From NCBI GenBank assembly GCA_965649765.1, contig OZ287755.1:36332001-36396000 (forward strand): 64,000 bases of DNA. Reading direction: 5' to 3'. Origin of the DNA: Bispira polyomma (Eukaryota). Each line of letters opens with the position of its first letter. Position 1 is the stretch's first letter. A model generated the notes under the pieces. The model made no database searches and was not told the origin of the DNA. It was given only the letters and a program-made list of their open reading frames with translations. Of this stretch, positions 40,001 to 50,613 are shown in pieces. The position numbers were made by a program, and so were the translations under genes.

Positions 40001-40971
40001 AAAGCCATGCACATGACCATAGATGAAACTTCAAATTGTTCAGTAGGGGTGCAAAATCAAATGAGAAGTTGAATGGGTGTAGAATGTTTTATGTTATTAA
40101 ATTTTGTTTTACAGACAAAACATCATTTATTATAAAAATGATCCAAGTCATTATGTTGTTGAACACTAAAATCATTTAATAAAACAATTGTTGGTTTCCT
40201 TGGGTCAATAACACTCTTTATTTTCCACTCTGCTGTGAAATATGACACTTTGGAGTGCAATATAGATCAGGATATACATATATTCACGATGCTTGGCCTA
40301 CCGGGCTGGTATTGTACCCTTTATCTTCCTTTGTCATATAATGTTTTAATATACACCACGTAGATTTACAGTTCTATTGCATCTTTAAATATGTAATAAT
40401 TGTTAAATATTGTATGAGGTATACAATTATATGATATTGATATTGTATATCATTATGATCATACGTAGTTAGGGAGGTGACCTGGTGATGAAAACGGTTT
40501 CCAGTTCCTCGGGGTAGCCTGAGGCAACTGAATTAACCGAACAAGTCATGAAAAGACAATACTGCGGTTAAATATATTTTATTTTATATTTACAGCTACT
40601 ATTACTAAGATATTTATGTACAGTTCTTTGACATGATATACACCTTGTGTGAGCATACGGTCCCCTTAACTCAATTGAGTTTAGGACTTTAGGTTAAACC
40701 AGAATGGGTTTAAGTAACTCTAACTAATAAAGAAGTTGAATTCAGAAATTTTGATTTAAGTTGAAACTTACATATGACTTTGAAGATTAACAAATTAAAG
40801 TTTGACTTAGGGTTTAAGTGCAACTTTAATTAGATGAGTACAATATGTACTTTAATAATACAGGGGGACCTTATGCCCACAGTTAATTCATTTAGTTTAC
40901 AGGTAATTAATATGGTACTTGCAATGTTAAACTGACTAGATCTTACAGTCATGCCACCAAACCCCAAAATT

Positions 40972-41946
40972 CTAGTAGGTATCTTGTAGAATAGTTTTGA
41001 AGGAATCGGCAACCTGGGAACCAGCATTGGCAGAATCGGAAATGTAACGCCAGACGCAATCAGACGTCCAGGTGCCATGCCTTTGGATGTCCTGAATGGT
41101 GACATTATTGTTAAAGGCAAACGTGGCACCTGAACGCCTGAAAGCGTGAAAGGTCAAGCCAGAGTACTGCGGGCCCAGCATTAGTAAGACATTCTTAAGA
41201 TGCCTGCGAACCCTAGTATCAGTAAGGGGAATCCAACTGGCATTCTGCTTAAATTGAAACAAGGGCAGATCTTTCCCTTTGGGAGAAATAGCAAGTATGT
41301 TTTTTACAGCTTGAACCGGACATAGAATGGAATTGGTTAAAGCTGGTATGGTGAGCAAGCGAACAGCATTATTGTTTTGAAGGGTTTTAGACCATTTAAC
41401 AATGAGGACAGCATACCCTGGCTTGAAAAGGACATCCGCCCTCGCAAGCTGCTTAAGAGGAGAGTAAGCAGCAACCGAATGAGCACAGAGGTTAGACAGC
41501 CTCAGAAACGAAAAGAAACTGACAAGATAAACTGCTTTAAAAATTTGACCCATGTAAGTGCTGTTACACTTTATAATAAGAGACCTAAGCAACTGGAGGT
41601 CGAAAATTGACTTAAGTTTGACTTGCAATGGTCTATGCATTGCCAAAGCTTTATTATAATAGGTAATTCTTTTATCAGAAAAAGCGTCTACAGATATATG
41701 GAAGAGGACACACTTTGCCTTAATGGCAGAAAGATGATTAAGAACTAGACTCGCCGACACCCCATTAAACGTTAAGAACTCTAAATAAGCTAGGAGATAT
41801 AACACAGTCACCTTATGAGGAGGCCAAGACATAAAGGCTCCAAACGCCAAGAACAGCCTGAACATTCTGTTGTAGGCTCTGTTAGTGGCAGGGGTGAAGG
41901 CCAGTTCAAGTCTGTCACAAGCTTTCTGCATCAAGGAGAAGCCCAC
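40972..41946 (-). CDS. Tyrosine recombinase (phage-integrase family) of YR retrotransposon
   Basis: Complete catalytic set: R (FLRLSNL), K (KWSKT), HxxR (HAFRR), H/W (HGTW), Y (WRYI). The ORF-track start is GTG; the true start is probably supplied by splicing. Confidence 0.93.
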   Translation of the reverse strand: MGFSLMQKACDRLELAFTPATNRAYNRMFRLFLAFGAFMSWPPHKVTVLYLLAYLEFLTFNGVSASLVLNHLSAIKAKCVLFHISVDAFSDKRITYYNKALAMHRPLQVKLKSIFDLQLLRSLIIKCNSTYMGQIFKAVYLVSFFSFLRLSNLCAHSVAAYSPLKQLARADVLFKPGYAVLIVKWSKTLQNNNAVRLLTIPALTNSILCPVQAVKNILAISPKGKDLPLFQFKQNASWIPLTDTRVRRHLKNVLLMLGPQYSGLTFHAFRRSGATFAFNNNVTIQDIQRHGTWTSDCVWRYISDSANAGSQVADSFKTILQDTY

Positions 41947-41980
41947 AGGGTGTATATCTGGAAAACATGACTAACAGGTG

Positions 41981-44380
41981 CTATATAAGTGAGTTAACTT
42001 TTAATAAACTCTGGCAAGCAGGCAGCCACTGGACAGACCCAGCTAACCTAAATAACGACAAATGGTTGGCTTCAATTTCAGTCCATCTTGACAGCAGATC
42101 TGCAATTTTCTTTTCTTTACCCAACACATGTATGACAACAATATCAATATTAAACTTGCTAGCTAACATGTATATGTTCCTGGAATACGTGGCTAAGTCC
42201 GGATCTCTGGTGCGCCCTGTCTGTAAGACACTTACAACTGCCCGATTATCACATCTGACCAATATTCTACGACCTCTCCATTTATGAATCCACAATTTAA
42301 GAGCTACCAGGATGTTAAGCATCTCCAAAGAAGCAATATTGAGCTCACTCATTTCTGGAGGAATGTTAATTTGGTACACTTGTTTCTCAAAAATACCCCC
42401 CATTCCAGTAAGGCAGGCATCTAATTCAATCTCACCAGTTATGGGCTTAGGCATGAAGAAAGAAACTCCATTGAACTGTTCTGCAAAAGTAGTAAACCAG
42501 TTTAAGTCACGCCTGAATGCAGGGGTGATGGTAATGTACTTTCTGGCGTAATTATCTCTTAACAACTCGAGCATCCTATTCAAAAAGACACGAGCATACT
42601 TTACACATTTAGAAATATATAATAACAAGCCAAGTAAAGACTGGAGCTCTCTCTTAGTGCAAAATTTCTTGGATCTCCATTCCTGACACTTATCTTTAAT
42701 TTCACTTAATTTTTCAACCGGGATGGAGGTAGTACCTCGAATGGTATCCACTACTATTCCCAGGCAGACAACCTGTGTGCTGGGAGGAACCAATTTTTTC
42801 TGACTTACTGTCAACCCCAATTCTTGTAGCAGTTCTTGCAATCTAAGGAAAGTTTTTTGAATTTTGCTGGGAACCGAAAGAGCCAAAAAATCGTCGATGT
42901 AGTTGTGGACATTATGATTTTCAGAGTGCATTATGAATCGCACGGCATCCGAAATTCTCTGAAAAATCGTGCTACCATTACAATATCCGAACGGCAGAGA
43001 TTTGTCCACATAATAGGACTTCCACTTTAGACCTAGGAGGTCCACGTCGCCAGGGTCAATGGGTACGTGACGGAAAGCCCTACTTATGTCGACCTTAAAT
43101 ATCTGACATCCTCTACCCAATTTTACCACCTCACTAGTGAGATTATCAATAGATGGGTCAGACAATAAAAATTCAACACCCAAGTAAGATGACGGAGATG
43201 CTCCCGCATTAACCGACCCCCCTTTAGGCCAACTCAAGTCTACGATTACTCTCCGGTTAATTGAATTCGGTTTATGTCTCGTCATAAGGGGGGAACAATG
43301 CAAGCCCGGAATAGGAGGTTTGTCAAATGGCCCTAACATGGCTCCTAACTCACATTCTTCTCGCATATAAGCTTCTACATGCTGGGGATGTTCCTCAGCC
43401 GACTTATGATTAATCTCACTGGATTCCAGTTTTACTGAATGATCCACGTCTAGGGGGAATCCATATTTTATGAGGAGAGGCAATTGCCAATCCCAGTAAT
43501 TGTTAAGGTATTTTTTCCAACTCTCGGGTCTTAATTGAGAGGGAACAGGGATTTGCAACCCTTCATAATTGTGTCTCCCATCAGCCCGAATTAAGTCATG
43601 CATTTCCAATATGGAAAGTTCGGGCCCTCCCCCACCATGATCTGCAATCTCACAGCCCAGAGCAGAGAGAGGCGTGAATCCATAAGGATATTGACTTTGA
43701 GCTTGCCATTTTCTGTAAGTAGGATTTGAGGCAGCCTTAGCTAACATGCCTTTCTTATTTACTTTCTGCTTCAAAGCACAGGAGTATTTATCGGGACATT
43801 CGGAACTTTCCGGGCTATCTTCGGAAGCAGTTTTACTCCTCGCCTTGCCTCGGCTAATGGGCTTGTCACTAGTAACAGAAAGGAAGCGAACGGGCTCGTC
43901 AACCTTTCCACTATCATCGACCGGCAGCGACATTAAAGCTGCATACTTGTTAGCAAGAGGGAGGTCAGCCACATCCCCATTGACCCGCTGCGCTTCGCCC
44001 CCATTCAATCTCGAACAATTGACCTCCTTTGTTCTCACCTTGTCTTGTTTCGCACACATGTCAGGCTTCACAATGGGTGTCAATTGGCTCACAGAGGTAC
44101 CAAAGGGCCTCACCAAGGTGTCACTTTTGTTAGGTAATATATTCACCTTACTCTTGTCAAGCCTTTCCTGTTTTACCTGTACATAATTAATACTTCTATT
44201 TACACACCCACACTTTTGAACTGGGCCATTCTTTTGCAACGCCTGGCTATAGCTCAAGCCTGGTCTGGTGCCCTTCACATATTTACACATTTTCTGACAC
44301 ACAGACCTCTCAAATAACTGTACATCCTTAAACTTAGTGTTATAAACAAACCTACTTTTTCGCTCACCCCTTTTAGCCAC
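41981..44380 (-). CDS. Reverse transcriptase-RNase H (DIRS/Ngaro type)
   Basis: RVIVDLS, KVDISRAFRH, LPFG, YIDD; RNaseH residues ELDACL, LEMLN, CDNRAV, IADLLSR. Begins at GTG, and the frame is open back to the gag slippery site. Confidence 0.95.
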   Translation of the reverse strand: MAKRGERKSRFVYNTKFKDVQLFERSVCQKMCKYVKGTRPGLSYSQALQKNGPVQKCGCVNRSINYVQVKQERLDKSKVNILPNKSDTLVRPFGTSVSQLTPIVKPDMCAKQDKVRTKEVNCSRLNGGEAQRVNGDVADLPLANKYAALMSLPVDDSGKVDEPVRFLSVTSDKPISRGKARSKTASEDSPESSECPDKYSCALKQKVNKKGMLAKAASNPTYRKWQAQSQYPYGFTPLSALGCEIADHGGGGPELSILEMHDLIRADGRHNYEGLQIPVPSQLRPESWKKYLNNYWDWQLPLLIKYGFPLDVDHSVKLESSEINHKSAEEHPQHVEAYMREECELGAMLGPFDKPPIPGLHCSPLMTRHKPNSINRRVIVDLSWPKGGSVNAGASPSSYLGVEFLLSDPSIDNLTSEVVKLGRGCQIFKVDISRAFRHVPIDPGDVDLLGLKWKSYYVDKSLPFGYCNGSTIFQRISDAVRFIMHSENHNVHNYIDDFLALSVPSKIQKTFLRLQELLQELGLTVSQKKLVPPSTQVVCLGIVVDTIRGTTSIPVEKLSEIKDKCQEWRSKKFCTKRELQSLLGLLLYISKCVKYARVFLNRMLELLRDNYARKYITITPAFRRDLNWFTTFAEQFNGVSFFMPKPITGEIELDACLTGMGGIFEKQVYQINIPPEMSELNIASLEMLNILVALKLWIHKWRGRRILVRCDNRAVVSVLQTGRTRDPDLATYSRNIYMLASKFNIDIVVIHVLGKEKKIADLLSRWTEIEANHLSLFRLAGSVQWLPACQSLLKVNSLI

Positions 44381-44410
44381 TGCATCTACGCAGTGGCCCC
44401 TCAGTTTTTT
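44375..44410 (-). promoter_or_regulatory. Predicted -1 programmed ribosomal frameshift signal, gag to pol
   Basis: A_AAA_AAC 44410-44404 in gag frame right before TGA; 5-nt spacer; stem GGCCACUGC/GCAGUGGCU 44398-44375; -1 frame is continuous with pol. Confidence 0.8.
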
Positions 44411-45471
44411 GCCCCTTTCTTATGACATTCACTAGTCTTATGGCTGCCCTCGCATGTCTCGCAATGATGTCTATAGAACTGACCTCCAGTATTGTGAGAG
44501 CTGGGAAATCTACAATTTCCTTCCTGATAAAAGCGACAAGACATTGCACCTTTACAACCGCCAGATTTACTGCTACTAAAGTTACCTAGCCGTCCACTAA
44601 CCCCAGAGGAATTTCTACTGTTCGACACATGGCGCTGAGCATGGGCTCTTCGAATTCGATCCATCTTATCTACCTCTAGCCAACCTAGCTTATCCATCTC
44701 CATGCTGGTCAATACGACTGCATGGCAGGCCTTAACTGACTCCCAAGAACAATCCTGGGCATCCTCCATAAGACCCCCCATGTAATCCAGCATGGCATTC
44801 TTCACTTCGATCGACTTTTCTTCGTGAGCGATCCGAGCGAAACCACACACCCATTGCAACACGGTTAACTCATCGTAGCTAGGCCGAGACTTAGAACTAC
44901 CCGTCAGCACATAATTTTGAGGCCAGGCGGTGACCTTCTTTACCAATACCTCATTCGCCCCACTACGCTGGGACTTCAGTTTACCTTGCGAGGTGGTTTC
45001 ATTCAACGTTTTCAGATCTTTCAATCTCTGCTCCACTTGGAGCTGTATTAGGGCATTCTGGTTTAAAAATTCCATGCCAGGAATTATACTGTCGGACGTA
45101 GCGATAGATGGGCTCTTACCTACGTCAGCAGAGCAACTAGCAGGCCTGACAACACTAGAATTCAACAAACTACTACTTGCCTGAACGGGGACCTGATGAC
45201 TTGCCTGACTACTGGTAAGGTTCGCCGCCAATGCTGCCTCATTCCTCTGAACCCGCTGGTCCATTTTTACCATTAATTCATTCATCGAGTGCAGTTGAAG
45301 TAATATAGCGTTGGTAACTGTATCGCCTGACTCACCGTTCGCGGGTTCAGTGGCTGAAGCAGCATCGATCTCCTCCCCAGAGACAGAGTCAGAAACTTCT
45401 GCAATAACGCAATTTCGCCCGACAGGACGCTCATGTTTGGTTAAGCATTGACTACAATCAAAGACAGGCAT
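44401..45471 (-). CDS. Gag-like ORF1 of YR retrotransposon
   Basis: ATG start; N-terminal CxxCxxxH...C motif; coiled-coil segments; C-terminal Cys/His finger CRFYQEGNC...HCETCEGSHKTSEC; position directly upstream of RT. Confidence 0.9.
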   Translation of the reverse strand: MPVFDCSQCLTKHERPVGRNCVIAEVSDSVSGEEIDAASATEPANGESGDTVTNAILLQLHSMNELMVKMDQRVQRNEAALAANLTSSQASHQVPVQASSSLLNSSVVRPASCSADVGKSPSIATSDSIIPGMEFLNQNALIQLQVEQRLKDLKTLNETTSQGKLKSQRSGANEVLVKKVTAWPQNYVLTGSSKSRPSYDELTVLQWVCGFARIAHEEKSIEVKNAMLDYMGGLMEDAQDCSWESVKACHAVVLTSMEMDKLGWLEVDKMDRIRRAHAQRHVSNSRNSSGVSGRLGNFSSSKSGGCKGAMSCRFYQEGNCRFPSSHNTGGQFYRHHCETCEGSHKTSECHKKGAKN

Positions 45472-47159
45472 GACTAGATGGTGTTTGACTAAAATATTGT
45501 AAATTATAAAATCATATACACCATAAACAAAATGTCACCCAAACAAAATTTTAAACTAGTTGTTGCTCTGCTGACGAAACGATAAAGGCGAGAGAATTTG
45601 AAAAGGAGAGCCTTATATAGTCGTACACCATCCCATAATAGTAGAACAGGCTGGTACCCCAGAACTGAGGCCACGAACGCTGAGGGCGTTCGCTTACAAT
45701 TCCACCCCTTTATTGGGGGAGTTGGTCTGGTGATCATAAGGTTCCTATTTCGACTGCTGTTGATGCCTCTACGTTGTTTTGTTGTGAGATAAGATCCTTT
45801 GGTAAGATGTGAACACAGAATTGCTGAATGCTGACGATCCAGGTTTGGTTGTAGTGGAACAAGCTCACCAAATTATGATGTAAAGATTACTATATAAATG
45901 CTTTATAATATAACCTATTATTTCTATTTCAGTGATGTTGGAAAATGGAAAACGCAAGTAAGTTTTCCACTTTTGTTATTTGTAAACCCACCCACCAATA
46001 TGCCTTTCTGTTGGCATGATGTGGTGGTTCTGATTATTATATAAGTACTACATGCTTCTTTTTCACTGGGCCACCCAAAAAACATTTTATGTAATTAAAA
46101 TGCATCATATATGAAATTTGGGCATGTATTAATATTGCATTTCCATAGATCTTTTTCTACTTAACACAAATACATTGTAAGCTTTACAATATTCTACCGT
46201 CGATTTACTTATCAAATGGCTCCCATATAAACTTAGCCATATCTAAAATATTTACAAGTATGTGAGTGCAGCTAAGTGACAGTGTGTAATTAATTTGGAT
46301 TAAATAAACTTCAGTTACTTTAGAAAGGCTTCTTATATCCAATATATTTTGAATGATAGGAATCACTACAGTGTAAACCTCCGGCATTAGGTGCAACATC
46401 GAAACGGTCTTTCTTTATACCCCAGGTTCCAGTTTCCACATAGCCCTCGACCATCAGACTTATCTGTGCTATTCAGAAAACTGACTCCTTCAGCAAAGTT
46501 TTCAAACATATTCTATCCACATAGCTTATATGGCTTATCTTCCCATCAGTAACGATAGGCCAGGATCATTCCGTTGTCACGTATCCCAAGTTATTGAGAC
46601 ACGTGCCAATGATAGGTAGTTAGAAAAGGCCCATGTTTAAAGATAACTCAGGCTTTCTAAAAGATAAGTCAATGGGATGGCTCCTATTTAAAAGATAACT
46701 CCGGCAGACAAAAGATAACTCGGCGGTGACAGCAATAACTTTGGAGAAAAATCTTATTGGCCAACGAGTTTTGGAGTGGTTGCCAGTATACATAAAAGAC
46801 CATGACAGACGTCTTCATCATAATCAATTCCAGCATAAAGAGAATACTCATATATTGGAACAAAAGACATACTGTACTGAGACAGGGTCTTTATTTGAGT
46901 GATAAAATAAAATATTATAATGCCACCAAAACGGAAAGTAACAAAGAGGAGGACAGAGACAGTGGAGGAGGAGGAGTAAAGGGAGTTCCATCTGGGGGGA
47001 TATACTTTGTAAGAAAGCGTGCCAGAAACACAGCTGTCGCAGATGGTATTGAGGTTGAAGGTGAATGAGACCCAGGATAAGACAGAAGACACAGGAAACA
47101 CATGACACCGCTGGGGAGAGTGAAGTGACTGGTATCATCAGGAGGCAAAAGAAAAGGGA

Positions 47160-47881
47160 AAATGATTACAGTTTTAGCTACGGCTGACCAAAAGCAGGCC
47201 GTGGTGGATTTCTTCAAGGATCTTGAGTGGCTGTACAACAAGAGACACGCTTTATACAAAGACACACAGAAGTAGGGCATGGTTTGGCAAGATTTCTGCA
47301 GATAATGAAGGAGGCCACTTAAATGAAGAGAGAGCTACCCAGAGGTGCTTTACTGAAGCTGACTCAGAGGCAGAATAATTTCCAGATTTACCCAATTCAG
47401 GAGAGAAGCTTTCAACCTGGTGAGCAATATCCAAGAAAGGGCTATTACTTCCAAACATGTGGTGCCATACTTTTAACCACATCAGTCAACAGTTTCATCC
47501 ACAGCCTATGTCCTCATATTAGCTGACGTCACCTTCCTCCATCCCACAGCAACCACAGCAACAAGAACACTTTGTGTACCACCAGCCACTGTGTTTCGTG
47601 GCTGCCCTGCTAGGATTCCTACTGACATGTAGGTTATTCTTCAAGTGCTTCCTGTGTCATGGGTGGGTCGTCTTCTGGGGCTGCATTGCCTGGTTTATAG
47701 TAGCGGTTCTCATCATACTTTGTAGGTCACCAGCTAGGGCTACGGTGGCTACCATTGGTGGTTCTTGCTGCATGGTAGTGAGTAGAATGCTAAACCTCTG
47801 TTCTATGATCCGAAAGGAATTCTCTACCATCCTTCTCTCCCACAAAATCCTGTAGTTGTAAATATTCCAATTCAGGTCCAA
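47160..47881. mobile_element. Decayed PIF/Harbinger transposon (Myb/MADF-like ORF on +, transposase C-terminus on -)
   Basis: Minus: YNYRILWERRMVENSFRIIEQRFSILLTTMQQEP resembles the DDE_Tnp_4 C-terminal motif. Plus ~47190-47295: AVVDFFKDLEWLYNKRHALYKDTQK*GMVW resembles the Harbinger MADF/Myb protein. AAAGATAACTC repeats at 46640-46740 may be subterminal. Confidence 0.6.
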
Positions 47882-49209
47882 CCCTGGTCTAGAAAAGGAA
47901 ACAGTCGGGGTGGTGGAGGGGAGTTGTCATTGGGTACAAACAATAGGTTGGAGTGTGGTTTTACTTCTTTTTTGGGTTAATGTCAGCTGGAAGAACTTAT
48001 CGTGGTCGGGGAGGTTGGGGTCATGGATCGTTATGACCAACCAAACTAATTTATCTCAAATTATGCGAAAAATCAATCGGTCCTGATGAACGACCTATTG
48101 GTTTAGACTATAAGTATAATCGGACGGCATAGATTGCAGGCTTTTTGACACAGGTTGGGGCGTAAAGGGGTAAAATACCTACAAATGACCACTATATAAT
48201 CATTGGGGCCTTGCCCCGATCATTCAGATAACTGGACCATGGGCCTAGTTTTGGTTTACGTTATTTTTAACAACTTAGGTCATATCACGATGACCAGATT
48301 CAAAGGTGTAAAATATATAAATTATAAATATATAAAATAATTTCCAGTATCCATCACCCCTTAAATATATTTGAATTAAATCATGTACTTCAGTTAACCT
48401 TCTAAAAGGATCCCATATCCATTATATTTTGTATGATACCAATTTGTATTGTGAAACCCAACGGAATTAGGTACAGCATTGAAAGAGTCTATTCTTTAGT
48501 CGCAGACCTCTCAAAGTCAGTCGTCTGATATTAAAAACTAAAAAGAATACTGCATTTGACCAAATAGTCATTTGCTAGTAGCTTATAATGTATTAAGGAA
48601 AATACTCATTCAAGTACGCACTTAATACTAAGTACTCACTAAGGTTTATCTGAACCAAATTGTCCTGGTATTTTCCTTTGCTGATGCAATAGTCCCTCAT
48701 TTTTGTGTAATCTTGCTTACAAAGAAAAGAAACAAACCAAGAGATAAGAGTGAAAGCATAACCTTTGTGATAGAGGTATTAACAGTGGCTATGAAAAAGG
48801 TGAGAACTGCCGGCAGGCCTAAATTGTGTGTACTACTGATATGCAGCCCAAATGCAGTACTTATCAATGGGCTAGTCGAAGTCACACATCATGACCCTGT
48901 TACACAATCATATGTAATATGCATGTAAATAAAGTATTTCGCCAATATTATATCAAACATTGGTTTATTATTCGGTTGCCGTTGTGACATGCTTAATATA
49001 CATGCAACATATCTCTGCCAAAAAAATACAGATGATTAGTGTATGTAATATATATGGGTTTGTCAGTACCTCATATGGGGTTGCCAGTAACTAATATGGG
49101 GTTGCCAATACCTCATTATGAGGATGCCAATGATTCAGTAAGAAACACAAACATATTAAACCTAAAATACCCATATGGAGCGTATTTAAACGACAACGTG
49201 AAAGAGTCC

Positions 49210-49345
49210 ATTATGTACTGAAAGGGGACCTTATGCCCAAACAGAGAATTAACTGTCAAAGTTTACAATATAATATTTTAAATAACTGACTATTATATTA
49301 AACCAGCAAACCATTGAATTGGGTGAGACCACCCGCCCATAATCA
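49210..49345 (-). mobile_element. Relic of a related YR-element 3' repeat region
   Basis: atgtact...ggggaccttatgccca...agtttaca resembles 40845-40900; ends in ATTATGGGC (minus strand), like the start of B2 at 31881. Confidence 0.4.
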
Positions 49346-50613
49346 AAACAATATTGCTAACTAACACATTCATAGTTTAACCAAGTAGAGATATGTACAG
49401 TTTTTAACACATATATTAAAAAAGCTAAAATAAAACTCCCAAAGCTTTTGTGTATAAGTGGTCTTCATTTTATTTGTTAAATACATGTATTAAACTATCA
49501 TGAAAAGACGGCAGTTGGCCTGCTTTGCTGGCCTGATACTTAGAAGGCTTCATCACTGGCTTACCTAACCTTTCATCTTTTTTGATTTCACCTTTCTCAC
49601 TGTTGCATCTGCTCGGGCAATGACTTCACTTACTTTGAATCCAAGTTCGATCTTGGTAGTAAACTGTTGTTACCACAGCAGAATCAACGCTTTGGAATCA
49701 CATGTAAAACCGATGTAGCATTTTTAGCAGTATTTTACAGTAAAATCAATTTTATGTTCCCCCACAAGGTAACAAAATTGATTTACAATTCCCCTCTACA
49801 ATTTATACTACCGCTGTCCGAATTAGTTTTAGCATTGGCTTTGCAATTAACTGTTTTTAACCAATAGATGCAGGCTTTAATAAGAGTCTATCTAATAGGA
49901 AGCCATTCTGTCCCTTTTTGTGAGTCCATCATGTTTGTGGTCGTGACCACGTTTCAGTTGAAACTAAGAACTTGGTTGGCTTTGCCTAATTTAACAGTTC
50001 GGGTGGTTTGGCCTTAGAATGGGGGGGGGGGGGTGGGGGGGGGTGGGGGTGGTTATAGTATGTGGCTGGGTTTGACATGTGTAATACTGTGCATGGAAAA
50101 ATACTGGGCCAGGTGGTGGCTTTTCATTGGAGTAATGTGGGGTGATGTATCAAGCTGTGCATGTGCCAGCTTTTGATTGGTGGGGTATGGGGTGATGTGT
50201 CCTCTAGCTGTGCAAACTGCCAGCATGGTCAGTGTGGAGTTTGGTCAGCTAGCAGAAGCATCTTAAATATTCCCCTCCCACCCAATAGTACCCTTTTTGT
50301 TAAACTGTATGTTCTTTTGTATTTGAGCCAAATATATCTTCACAAGGATGATGGACATACTGGAGGCAACAGAAGTCAGCTTTGCTTATCACAAGATGCG
50401 GGATGCTCTATCTTTGTAATTTAAACCACATTGTTTTGTATGACAGGGACATGACTATCACCATCATTGATTAGCTCTTATCGCAAAACTGTTGATGCAC
50501 CTCTTTATTTCTTTTCCTGGGATTTTATGTGTGCTATATATGTAGTCATAGGACAAGACATTGAACTACAAAGACGCACATAAGAACTATTGCTCTGTTG
50601 ATTTACCAGAAAT

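Larger units (their letters stand above)
40450..45701 (-). mobile_element. Coding-intact Ngaro-like tyrosine-recombinase retrotransposon (gag, RT-RNaseH, YR)
   Basis: Three uninterrupted ORFs in DIRS-order arrangement, with no integrase, protease or methyltransferase domain visible. 5' end inferred from loss of similarity to the 24920 copy. TATATAA 45619-45613. 3' end approximate. Confidence 0.92.

Noticed and set aside
41377-45184. Plus-strand ORFs overlapping the intact element (e.g. 43746-44186)
   Set aside because: Antisense shadows of coding sequence with no recognisable motifs.
40972-45471. Prokaryotic retron, DGR or prophage integrase module
   Set aside because: The gag, RT-RNaseH, YR order and motifs fit DIRS-order retrotransposons; flanks contain spliceosomal genes.
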